Both the position numbers and the translations under genes were made by a program. The notes under the pieces were generated by a model. That model was not told where the DNA came from, did not search any database, and saw nothing but the letters and a program-made list of their open reading frames with translations. Shown one piece after another: positions 1-10,716 of a stretch of 64,000 nt of DNA. The first letter of the stretch is position 1. Each line of letters opens with the position of its first letter. Source of the stretch: Lophium mytilinum (taxonomy: Eukaryota); contig MU004190.1 of NCBI GenBank assembly GCA_010093605.1, positions 1,434,961 to 1,498,960 of the forward strand. The letters run 5' to 3'.

Positions 1-914
1 AATTTGACTTCGAATCTGAAAGTCAATCCGCAGATTTTGCACGTGATAGAACATGAGTCAAACTTCAATAATTTTCCTCTGCTAGAACAGAGATTGCCTT
101 CTCCGTGGAAGCAAACACCAAACCAAGGCAAACCCTTCATTTTCAAAGTACTTTAGAATGCCGTTGGGCTCTGTGGAGATGCGTCGTATTTATATCTGTT
201 GGACAACTCATCTACTTTCTACCCACTCTGGAATCTTTGAGAAAAATGTTCCGATCTTGGATGCATCATTTTTTGACTATCAAAGAGCCGAACGACTAAT
301 CATTACACTAATAACGTCCTACTAGCAACAAGATGAAAAACACCGAGGGTGACGAGTATACACGTACCGTAGCTTCTAGATTGCAGTGTAGCTCTCAAAT
401 TTCCTATTTACGACGGTCTTGATCATTCAATCGCCCAAGAAGTAGTGCCTTGTCGTCCAAAGGTAATGTAATTAACAACCCCATTACAGTCCACCGTTCT
501 AGCAGCGGAGGGACTCGGGAATTGTTCTTTGACCTTTCGTTGTTTCGTATGTTCTAGCGAATGACAAGAGAAAACATCCACGTGTTTTATTCTCAGCCCC
601 ATGAACTTTCTGTATTATGCATGAGTTTGGATGCCATTTCCCTGGTCTCGGAGACAAGACGCGGCTGGAATGGGACAGCCGTTTCCGCCAATTCACGGTA
701 AACTAGCTCTGGGTGGAACTTATACCATTCACCATCGGATCCACTACGACTCTCCTTATAAAGTGCTCCTAAATCAAGGACAGCGCCTCATTCAATATCA
801 TTCCCCAGCCACCGCCCATCCCGATAAACCCACACCTATGGCAACATCGTCCTCGTCACCACTTCCGACTACTTGATTCTATCAACATAGACGACTAAGC
901 TAGTCTCTATAACC

Positions 915-1751
915 ATGGGTACCAACAAGCGTAAACGATCCACGTCGAATCCAGCACCGAAAGGGAAAAACGCTAGACGCGTATCATCGTCAACGCTCTC
1001 TCACGCTGAGCATCCCGACGAGGCGACGGCTCAAGCAGCTGCTGCACCGCTGGCCAAAAAAAAGCGAAACGGGCCCGTTGCTACATCGTGTAGAAGCTGC
1101 ATCAAAGCCAGATGTCGCTGCACCCGCGAATACCCAACCTGCAATCGCTGCACGACCAAACATCTCGACTGCCACTACGACGGCATAACCCCTAGCCACG
1201 CCCCGCAAGCTAGGAGTCTAGATATGCATGCTCAACTGGAGCTGAGAGCAGAACCCCTGGCTCCGGGCCCTAGCCAACGTGGATCAAGGGCGGCAGAGGC
1301 ATCAACCAGCGGAAGTGGCAGCACCGCAAACACTACGAATGGTCAAGCCCCAGCCAGCAATGTAGAAGGGTCCCGGAACCACATAATGCAACAAATGGAG
1401 GTAGCAAATGAAACTGGAGCGACGGAGGCTGCCGATCGAATCCTGGCCAACATTCAGGTCATCGATGATACCACGGCGGACAACGCTACAATACATGAGG
1501 CACCTACCGCTTTGGTCCCCCAAATGCGGCAGCACGTTGCTCTTGAAAATGTTGGTGCTCTCGAGATGGTCTGCGAGCTGCTCTGGCGGCTTCCCCGTAG
1601 TATGATCGTTACTCCGGCTGCCCTAGGCTGGGTCTTCTTTCTGCTAGAGCACAATGGCGTACAAGTGACCGCGGTTGAAAGACAGATCATTGAAAGAGTC
1701 GGTTTCACTATGGGAGGCCTCCTCGACGCGTTCTTCCGCCATGGCTGGTAG
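915..1751 (+). CDS. Zn(II)2Cys6 binuclear-cluster protein, short (278 aa), with an unrecognised C-terminal helical domain
   Basis: Intronless ORF with C-x2-C-x6-C-x6-C-x2-C-x6-C (CRSCIKARCRCTREYPTCNRCTTKHLDC) and basic NLS-like stretches (KRKR, KKKR). No fungal TF middle homology region is visible. Confidence 0.85.
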   Translation: MGTNKRKRSTSNPAPKGKNARRVSSSTLSHAEHPDEATAQAAAAPLAKKKRNGPVATSCRSCIKARCRCTREYPTCNRCTTKHLDCHYDGITPSHAPQARSLDMHAQLELRAEPLAPGPSQRGSRAAEASTSGSGSTANTTNGQAPASNVEGSRNHIMQQMEVANETGATEAADRILANIQVIDDTTADNATIHEAPTALVPQMRQHVALENVGALEMVCELLWRLPRSMIVTPAALGWVFFLLEHNGVQVTAVERQIIERVGFTMGGLLDAFFRHGW

Positions 1752-2891
1752 AGATCTACTACGATCGTACACTACGAGGAGGAAGACTTGGTATGACGAT
1801 CCACACGAACTGCTTTGCTTTGTCGTCCCTCCTTTACTGAGTTTGTAATAGGTTGAATAGCTGCGTTTACGAAGCTCTTTACCGAAAGATTAGATTGAGA
1901 TCCCTAGTCTTTGTGAAAAGAGTCCTTATGTGCTTCGAGAATGAGACATACCGGGATATCATACTGATAGTTCAAATTACTGCAGACTCAAGGAACGGCG
2001 TCTAAAGAGGTTCCGACTATCGAGGTGCTTCTTACTTATTCAATGAGATTCAATCTTCTGATCCAATAGTGATGGTTTACCGTGACTATATGCTTTGACG
2101 CAGCTCACTAAAGGTGAAGAGACTCGGTGGGAGTTGCACTGGTACAGTACAATGATCTGCGAGTATCGTGACGCACACCTTTCGTGATATATCTGCTTGC
2201 ACATTTACGGTATTCCTGGCTCATGCTCCATCCACGCAGGCGGGCGTGAGGTTATGTATCACGTGATGATACCTCGGAGGAGGATAGGTAGACGATATGT
2301 ATGAACCCAGCTAAACGTTTTCCATGGTGCTGCACGCCCGTACGGGTCTAGCTATCCTAGATGATTAGAGTTGGTCTGAGGCATCCCAATAGCTTACATC
2401 ACGTGCAATTGTCTCCGAGTTTCCACCGAATTTTGAGGTCTGCCGATATCCTAGCGCAGCATGCCGTCCCGGACATCCCTAGACGGCATCGTTCGGCGTC
2501 AAAGATCGATCTTACCAAGCTGCTTGAAGAGGCTTAGGACGTGTTCAACTGCGGAAGGTCCAACCTGCTGTTAGAATTCTGAGCTTTCGGATAACTACCC
2601 TTACTGGGTTACGTCAAGTCCCTCGAATCGTGGTCCTTTTGTTGGTGTGAGCCGCTCAATGTCGTCTAACCCGCGTTGCACAAGCGGCCCAGTATAAGAG
2701 TCACTTTTAAGCGAGGACCTCATAGAGGTCAGGTGCATCCATCTTTTCTACTGCCATCTTCCTTCTTCAAAACAATTTGAAAGCTTCATTCCTTTAATTA
2801 AGAAAAAATTCCAGCTTTTCGCAAGTTTCAGAATCGTCATACTCTATTGAATCATTGCGTTGTGCACACATCGCAATTACGACCTTCAACT

Positions 2892-4244
2892 ATGAATCCA
2901 AATCGTCGAGTTACCAGCTCTCTAACCGATCTGCTTCTCGCCGCACCTATAGACACGAAGAAATACGAGGCCCTTTACAAGCACTTCCATGAACACCCCG
3001 AGCTCTCGAATCTCGAGGCTGAAACTGCCAAAACGATTGCAGCCGAACTATCGCGTCTCCAGGCTTTCGACATAACTACCAACATCGGCGGCCATGGCCT
3101 CGTCGGCGTGCTCAAAAATGGCCCAGGCAAAACTATTCTTCTACGCGCCGACATGGACGCCCTCCCAATCTTGGAGGCAACCGGCCTTCCGTACTCCAGC
3201 AAAGTCACCATGCTCGACGTCGAGGGCGTCATGCGGCCGGTGATGCACGCGTGCGGCCACGACATGCACATGACGTGTCTCCTCGCTGCAGCTGAAACGC
3301 TACTTAAGCTTAAAGAAAAGTGGAGCGGTACGTTGATTGTATTATTCCAACCTGCAGAGGAGCGTGGTAGTGGAGCGAAGGCGATGGTAGATGATGGCCT
3401 GTATGGAAAGCACAAGATCCCCGTGCCTGACTTCCTACTCGGTCAGCACGTGATGGCGATGCGGGCAGGAAGTGTGGGATCGAAACTAGGGACGATTATG
3501 GCCGGGGCGGACAGCATGAAGATTACCATGTTTGGAGTTGGTGGTCATGGATCCCAGGTAAGTGGATACTACACAGTATCAATAGCATCCAAGAACTGAC
3601 ATATACAGCCACATCGAACGATTGACCCCGCTGTCATGGCTGCTCACGTAGTAGTACGCCTCCAGACTGTTATCAGCCGAGAGATCAATCCAAGTGATGT
3701 CTCCGTTCTGACCGTCGGAAGCTTGCAAGCCGGGCAGACGGAGAATATTATCGCAGACTCGGCAGAAATTGGCATCGACATACGCAGCGTGCGACCGGAA
3801 ACGCGCGAGAAAGTTCTGGCCTCCATCCAGCGAATCGTCAAAGCTGAATGTGAAGCAAGCGGTTCGACAGTCGCACCCGTGTTCAAAATGACGCGGCATC
3901 TTCCAACCACGGTGAACGACGAGCCGATGATGAAAACGCTAGAGAAAAGCTTCAGTGAGCATTTTGGAGACGACTTTGATGCAAACATACCGACGACTAC
4001 CATTGCGGAAGACTTCTCGATCCTCGCAACATCGCAAGGTCGGCCTTGTGCGTTTTGGCATTGGGGAGGAATCGAACACGGGCTGTGGGATCAGTCGCTG
4101 AAGGAGGGCAAAATTGATGAGATTCCCGCCAATCATACAGCGAGGTTCGCGCCGGTGATCCAACCTACGATGCGAACGGGTATTCATGCTCTCTGTGTTG
4201 CTGCTCTTGCTTTCTTTGGCAAGAAGTCGCAACATAGATTGTAA
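2892..4244 (+). CDS. M20-family (M20D/Acy1-like, hippurate-hydrolase-like) metallo-amidohydrolase
   Basis: Motifs HPELS, LRADMDALP, MHACGHD, FQPAEE, GGHGS|PH and AEDF. One intron at 3558-3608 (GTAAGT...CTGAC...CAG) joins ORFs 2847..3599 and 3636..4244. ATG at 2892. Confidence 0.92.
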
Positions 4245-4596
4245 CTAGCGAATCTTTTCATTACGTTTGCCAATAGAGACACTGTATACGTTCAGAACTG
4301 AAGCTGCAAAGATCTGAAAACTTATGAAGATACAGTCAGAAAACCACCAGAACGAAGCATAGTATATGTACGAAGTATCACTCATCATTCACCATGCACA
4401 GCAGCCATATCCACCTCTACTAACGGCACTCCTTGTTTATAAATCCTCAGGTAGCATCCAGGGATTTTTCTTCTTTCTTCTTCATCTACCTCCAAGAACA
4501 CCATCAAAACCTAACCAACCACACTCACACCCACCACCTGCCAATTCCGAACCCCATTACCACATCGAGACATTTGAGCACTGGGTTCCAACGAAA

Positions 4597-5262
4597 ATGC
4601 CGCCAAAAAAATCTACGAAGCGAAAGGGGTCTACTCAAACAGCCTCTTCAACCACAGCCCCACGTACATCAACTCCAGCTACCAACGCAGCCATGGCCGA
4701 AGTAGCATCAAAGCCTACGACGTCCACCAATCAAAAAGCCGTGACAGCTTCAGCACAACATCCCTACCAAACGAGATCGACCGGCCTCGTACTCATGACC
4801 GCAGAGACAGGTAGCAACGTGGCTGCGGCTATCGAAGCCGGCTCTCGCCACCAAAGCGAGCTTCCTTTTGAAGGAGAAACGACCACCAACGCCGTGGTTC
4901 GACCCACCCTCAGAAACGCCAGGATCGCCGGATTAGTTCGCCATCTTGTTGGCATGCTGCCCTTTGCTACGGCATTTCCTCCAGCAAACGCGAAGGCTAC
5001 GAGGGCTATCACCCACATACGCGATCAACTTTGCCAACTAACAATCGGTCAAGTCATTTCCGGAGGAGTCTTAGCTTGGGTAGCTTACTACCTGTACTAC
5101 CACTTGCTAGATCGGGACGAGGTTCCACTTTACCTCTCCGATCGATCGTGGCAGGCAGAGGTTCTTTACTCCCTGGCGCGTCTTCGTGACGACTTTCATG
5201 GCGGTTACCACGAGCCGTTGATAGAAGAAGGCCCAAATGGGGAGGTTGGAAGGGGTCGTTGA
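4597..5262 (+). CDS. Orphan protein (~221 aa) with basic N-terminus; C-terminal domain resembles that of the 915-1751 protein
   Basis: Open frame. The likely start is MPPKKSTKRKG at 4597, downstream of a TATA-like TTTATAAAT near 4436. The C-terminal block aligns by eye to the Zn2Cys6 protein tail. Confidence 0.6.
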   Translation: MPPKKSTKRKGSTQTASSTTAPRTSTPATNAAMAEVASKPTTSTNQKAVTASAQHPYQTRSTGLVLMTAETGSNVAAAIEAGSRHQSELPFEGETTTNAVVRPTLRNARIAGLVRHLVGMLPFATAFPPANAKATRAITHIRDQLCQLTIGQVISGGVLAWVAYYLYYHLLDRDEVPLYLSDRSWQAEVLYSLARLRDDFHGGYHEPLIEEGPNGEVGRGR

Positions 5263-5732
5263 GTATGGATCGGCGCATGAGTTGTAGAGGTGGAGCGATG
5301 TGGCGGTCAGATACCTAGGTATCCTCCTGTTACAAGATATAGACATTAATAGGCTTGATGAGCTATGAGTAGAGTGCTTCTAGCCGACCCAGGTACCCAT
5401 CTCATAGAATGAAATCTGAATTTGATGAACTGCCTTTATATTGAAAAGTATCAATATGCAACCATCCGCATAAGTGCAAACTCGGATAATTGCTAAACCG
5501 AGTGCCAACCAGTGTATTGCCCCGTGCTTCCACCACATTCCAGCGTGTTCTTGTCGTGTCTGAAGACAAAGGCCAAGCAGGTGGAACAGCCCCATTCACC
5601 ATATGCTGACTTACCAGTCATTAGCGCACTTACTCGCCAACCACACCACTCCTGACTTCTCTTTACAACTTCCACCTGTACCTCTAACCCGCCACCTCGT
5701 CAACCTCTCCAACCGTGCTTGCCACCCACCAA

Positions 5733-6593
5733 ATGGCATCGCAAAACCCACATATCAAACAAGAAGACGACGTGCAGTCCGCGCACTCAGACTCAGTCTT
5801 CAGCGTGCCGTACGAAGATATCGACGACGAGACTTGGCAAGCACTACTGGCAGCAGAGAGCAGCGAACCAGAACCAGAATGGGAGGAAGAGGTAGCTGAA
5901 CCGTCAGGCGGCGAGGCGGAAGGTTCCAGCCACGCACAACCACAATCGTCAAACGCCGCACCAGGAGCTTCTGGAACGCCCACGCCAGGCATGGAGGAGA
6001 GCGTCACTTCCACACTAGAACGTATACAGAAGCGGGCCATTGCAGAGGACTCTTCAGACGATGAGAGCGACCAAAGCCCGTTGAAGCGGAGAAGCCCGAA
6101 TCCAACAAAGCGCCGTAGAACTATGGGAGGGATGCGTGCAGAGGAGGAAGGTCGCGCTCGTCTGGCAGATCCTCCTCGCAGGGTAGGATATCCGAGCCTA
6201 CCTACATCTGAAGAGGGACCTGGAGGAGCTGCCTGGAGAGAAAACTTAGAAGAAAGCCCAGAGCGGAGCTCAGAAGAAAGTCCAGAACAGAGCTCAGAAG
6301 AAAGCTCATGGGATTCCACCACTGGAAGTGAGGGTGCAGCAGTCCAGACCTCCACACCACCGGTTGTGCTTCAGCCTCCCGGTGCCACACTCACTGGAGT
6401 ACCGAATGGAGCCCCACCTGGCTTGACTCTCGTTGGCTCGATTGATGCCGCTTTACTGTTGCCGGGGTTGGGCACTCACCGTGCTATCAATCTCTATGTC
6501 CGCGATGCTGACCTAGGAGGTCCAGCACCTGGAGGATATACGAGCATTCTTCAAGCTTTGGCTCGTTTCTTGAGGCTTCCAGGGGGAGGCTGA
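5733..6593 (+). CDS. Orphan acidic, largely disordered protein with NLS-like motif
   Basis: 286-aa frame from ATG 5733 (MASQNPHIKQEDD). It is D/E-rich, contains PLKRRSPNPTKRRR and has a short hydrophobic C-terminal segment. Confidence 0.55.
   Translation: MASQNPHIKQEDDVQSAHSDSVFSVPYEDIDDETWQALLAAESSEPEPEWEEEVAEPSGGEAEGSSHAQPQSSNAAPGASGTPTPGMEESVTSTLERIQKRAIAEDSSDDESDQSPLKRRSPNPTKRRRTMGGMRAEEEGRARLADPPRRVGYPSLPTSEEGPGGAAWRENLEESPERSSEESPEQSSEESSWDSTTGSEGAAVQTSTPPVVLQPPGATLTGVPNGAPPGLTLVGSIDAALLLPGLGTHRAINLYVRDADLGGPAPGGYTSILQALARFLRLPGGG
6248..6309 (+). repeat. 24-bp coding tandem repeat (~2.5 copies) encoding EESPERSS/EESPEQSS/EESS
   Basis: agaagaaagcccagagcggagctc agaagaaagtccagaacagagctc agaagaaagctc. 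Confidence 0.8.
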
Positions 6594-7319
6594 GCGAGAT
6601 ATGGGGCGAAGAGGGTGTATTATCCAGTGAGTAGCCTATTCCAGATTGCTAGGTTGAAAGGTTCTGACTACTAGTAGAGTCCAATCATCACAGGTCTCTC
6701 ACAGGTCAATGTCACGAGGGAGGGGCCATTTGGTCTGGCTTCATGAGGCTTTTGGGGTTTAATGTCTGATCAGAGAGAGCATGCCGGAGGTTGTACAGTT
6801 CTGGGTCTTATATTTTGGCACACGGAAATCTCACTACTTGAGTATTACTCTTGCTCACTTGGAACCACTGTAGGCGGTACCCTAGCTAGCATATCCTAGG
6901 CCTGTTAAACGGTAGCCCTGTTCCAGACTGTATGGACTTTCTGATTCTATAGGAAGTATCAAAACCATGTTAGCACACCCCACGCAGACCCAAGGAGTGC
7001 TCAAGCTTATCTCAGGGTGCTATACCAAACACTCAAGTTCTGTAGTAGATAATGCCTAATCAAGTTAAACTAAAAGTGAAGGTCGATGATGTACTCGTGT
7101 GACCCCGTGATATGACTCAAGAGTGAAAGTCTGAATCGCCTACGAGATATGAGCTAAGGCTGCGGTGTTTGCTATCAGTTGCAGCAGTAGCTCGACATTC
7201 ACCAGTAAGCTCAGACAACGCTTAGCACTGCCATCTGCCAGGTAACGTATCGTTGGAAACCTCGAGGTGAAATCTGTTCAGTTTCCTCATCGCCACCACC
7301 AAACTCGAAACAGGTCGTC

Positions 7320-8507
7320 ATGGCTCCTAATCCATCGCCCTCGGCGTTACTTGGCTCGCCTGCCGAAGCAGGTCTAAAAGGGTGCGCTGCGGTGGCTCTC
7401 CTATCCCCCAAACTGGACACCAAATTCGACGAATCTGCCGCTGAGAAAGTTGGTCGGGTCGTTGAGCTCACGGAGCAAATCCTACAACATCTCCCTTTCG
7501 TCGATCTTCTCTCGGCAAAGCTCATCTGCAAACAATGGCGCGACATCATCAAAGCCTCCTTGCCAGTCCAACAGCAGCTATTCGTAGTCCCGTTTACGTA
7601 CCCGCCGACGCTAAAGCTTCCGGGCTACTTACTCCCAAAGTCTGGCAACTATGGATCTGGCGATCATCAAAAGGACGCTCTCTATATAGTGGAGCCGATT
7701 GGAGGACAGCAGTGGCATCCAATGCTGCAGGAACTGTTCCAGACCCGAGACTGGCAGCAGGACGACGACCCAGCGGCCAGCTTCCGTCCATTCTCATTCC
7801 ACCTCGATGCGTATAACGAATGGGTTCCCGAATGGAAAAACGGCGAGGTCTCGTTTCCAAGATACCCAGAGCTCGTCCGCCTGGTCAAGAAGATTGCGAC
7901 GGCTGCTGATGGCGAGTGGCAACTTGCGCTCTGCAGCCAGCCTCCTACGGCACTTCTGGAATGCACGCGACTTGGTGCCACTAGATATCGTGGTTCGAGA
8001 CAACTAGAAGTGCTCTTCAAAATGGCTGCTGAGGAGGGATCAGATGGCGTCTCCATGGGTCAGATTCAGGCTTGTTTTCGGGATCTAGTGGTTGAAGTGG
8101 ATGTCGTTGCGGCTCAGGCGGGGAAGTTCGAGAGGAGTGTGGCTCGGTTCAAGAGGACTATCGAGAAGGAAGGATATAAGCCGAGTCACTTCTCCAACGG
8201 CTCGAGCTCAACGGAGGCACCCAGTTACATACGCTATCCTTTGGACAACCTTAGGCCGGCTCGACGGGAGATCCGACTACCCCCTAAGCGCTTGCTCGAC
8301 GCGAAAGCCCGGCTCAAAAGGAAGCAAGACGACCTAGTGACTGCTCTTAATCCGGTTGAGTATAAACTCAAATGGTGCAGACATTTGTTCGGTGGCGAGA
8401 ACGTGTCCTGGGACCGTGACTGGGACGACCGTCCTTTGATCCTATTGGATGGAAGGGAGAGTCTCGTACGTTGTGTCGATTATATGCAACTTATGGAAGC
8501 GAACTAA
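7320..8507 (+). CDS. F-box domain protein (395 aa, intronless)
   Basis: N-terminal F-box-like motif VVELTEQILQHLPFVDLLSAKLICKQWRDIIKASLPVQQQLF, typical of lineage-expanded fungal F-box proteins. Confidence 0.75.
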   Translation: MAPNPSPSALLGSPAEAGLKGCAAVALLSPKLDTKFDESAAEKVGRVVELTEQILQHLPFVDLLSAKLICKQWRDIIKASLPVQQQLFVVPFTYPPTLKLPGYLLPKSGNYGSGDHQKDALYIVEPIGGQQWHPMLQELFQTRDWQQDDDPAASFRPFSFHLDAYNEWVPEWKNGEVSFPRYPELVRLVKKIATAADGEWQLALCSQPPTALLECTRLGATRYRGSRQLEVLFKMAAEEGSDGVSMGQIQACFRDLVVEVDVVAAQAGKFERSVARFKRTIEKEGYKPSHFSNGSSSTEAPSYIRYPLDNLRPARREIRLPPKRLLDAKARLKRKQDDLVTALNPVEYKLKWCRHLFGGENVSWDRDWDDRPLILLDGRESLVRCVDYMQLMEAN

Positions 8508-8890
8508 CGTAGGAAACAGATTGACGCAGCTTAAAGATTCAGCCGACCTTGTTACCAAGCATTACGTGGCTTAGTCGTTGTAAGATTGGTGTCTATCTAA
8601 CACGGGAGTGATCCGATGGCTTGTAACACGGGTGGCGGAGGATAGTAGTGAAGGCCAACTTCAATCATGGTCATTGCTTATCAGAAGTTCAGAACTGAGT
8701 GCGCTATACGAGAACAGCACAGGAGATGGTGTCTGCATCCTGAGAGCCATGGGAAAGCAACTCTCGAAACTCAGCGTCACTGAAACAAGCAACTTTATGC
8801 CCAAATGTGTAAGTCATTGAGGGCCGTACTTGCGAGGCCCACACTTTGTCGTACTCGGTACATTATCGTAACTTCAAATACAAGGACATT

Positions 8891-10716
8891 GTCGGCAATG
8901 TTACGCCTGGCTACGGCGATTAGCACCGATGCTAGGTGTAATATTGCCGTTGGAGGAGACTAACTTACCCTCTACGCTGAAAATTATGAATGTGCGCCTT
9001 GTGTTAGACCTTGTCGGCATTCTCACATCTAGCACCGGCGCTTAGTACCACTGCTAGGTGCAATATCACCGCCTCAACTGGAGGACCCGCATAAACCTTG
9101 ATATATGACGATTTGATCCCCGATCTGTTTATTGACCGCAATATAGTACCGCTGAGCGGCGCTGAATGCCGATGTGAGGTGTTGCATCGCCGCTGGAAAC
9201 TGAGGTACTTTGATTGAAATGCTATTTACGGTATTTCCAACTTCTCTCCACTTTCGACGGTAATCTAATATCGCTGAGCGGCGCTGAATGCCGATGTGAG
9301 GTGTTGCATCGCCGCTGGAAATTGAGATGCTTGACTATTTATACTACTTACAGTATCTCTACCTTCTCTCTACCTTCGACAGTGACTAGCACCGCTGCGC
9401 GGCGCTGAGTACCGTTGCTAAGTGTAGCATCGCCGCTAGAGTTTAAGGTACGTTGGCTCTTGATGCTACAGTATTTCTACGTGGTCTCCAACTTGAACGG
9501 CAATCCAACACCTCTGTACGGCGCGAAACACCGATGCTAGGTGTAACATCGCCGCGGAAGTGAGCTGCAATATCATCTAATCTGTGAAATAGTACATGCC
9601 TAACAAATTAGAGGTTGCCGGCAATGCTACACGTAGGAACGGTTTTTAGTACCGATGCTGGGTGTAGCGTTGCTGGTAAGGTAGGGCGACCCGAGCGAGT
9701 TACTATCTACTCTCTCGCTACTAAAATGTGATATTACAAAAATACTATTTCCCGCCGCAAAATCTATACCACCGATGGGTGATTAGTACCGATGGTCAGT
9801 ATAGCATTGTCGGCAACGTAAGCAACCCTGGTAGATTACTCTTGACTCTTTCTCCTGAAAAATTGATATTAGCAAGTATAGCATTTCTCGCCGCCATTCT
9901 CATACCGTAGATCGGTGCTCAGTACCGATACTAGGTGTTGCATTGCCGACAATATAGGGCAAAATGGAAATTACCCTCTAGACTCTCCTATGAAAGGGTA
10001 AATGTATTAAGTATACCACCTCTCGCCGCAAACCTTATACTATTTTACGGTGCTTAGTACCGATGCGAGGTGTTAGATTGCCGACCATATAGATTGAAAT
10101 ATCAATTGCTCTCTAGTCTTTAAAAAAAGAAATACATTAAGTTTACTGCTTCCCGTCGGCGATATCATACTGCAGAACGGTGCGTGTTACCGCTGGTAGG
10201 TGATATATTGCCGACAGTTTAGGGCAAAATGCAAATCACTCTCAAGACTCCTTAAATAGTGAATATAATAAGTGTACTACTTCACGTCGGCGAAGGAACA
10301 CTGTTGAACGGTGCTTAATACCGATGCTAGGTGTAGCATTACCGACAAGACCGGGCAGAGAGGTAAATTACTCTCTAGTCTTCTTAATCAGTAAATATTA
10401 CTTCTAGTCGTTGATAAAATACTGTTGATCGGCGTTTACTACCGATGCTTGATATAGTATCGCCGATAAGATTGGGCAAACTAGCAAATAAGTCTCCAGT
10501 TCATAAAAAATTAGATATATAAAGTGTTCTATTTTCCACCCGCGATCTAACACCGCAGAGCGGCGGAGAACACCGATGCGACGTATAGCATTGCCGCTAG
10601 GTGAGCTGAATCACCGTTCAGCCTCCCAAAATCGTGAATATATGAAGCGTCTTACTTCTCGGCGGCGACCTAACACCACAGAACGGCGCAGAATGCCGAT
10701 GTGGGGCGTAGTCATA
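8891..10716. repeat. Array of 15 imperfect palindromic ~57-bp cores (CGG-N18-CGG-N9-CCG-N18-CCG) with AT-rich linkers, period 119-137 bp
   Basis: Inner CGG positions are 8914, 9036, 9157, 9279, 9400, 9519, 9640, 9777 (GGG variant), 9913, 10048, 10178, 10309, 10430, 10561 and 10684. The right-arm consensus CCGATGCTAGGTGTAGCATTGCCG approximates the reverse complement of the left arms, e.g. CGGCAATGCTACACGTAGGAACGG in unit 7. Confidence 0.95.

Noticed and set aside
2160..2490. Two CACGTG E-box-like sites (~2259, ~2400) and an 8-bp inverted repeat (2461-2489) upstream of the amidohydrolase
   Set aside because: Short motifs of this kind are expected by chance, and there is no comparative support.
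8891..10716. CRISPR array interpretation of the palindrome-plus-linker array
   Set aside because: The context is eukaryotic and no cas gene is visible. The repeats are longer and more degenerate than CRISPR repeats, and the linkers are related to each other rather than being unique acquired spacers.
8891..10716. 5S rRNA or tRNA tandem array (period ~121 bp, contains TTAGTACC)
   Set aside because: No other 5S motifs, no cloverleaf or A/B boxes, and no oligo-T terminator per unit.
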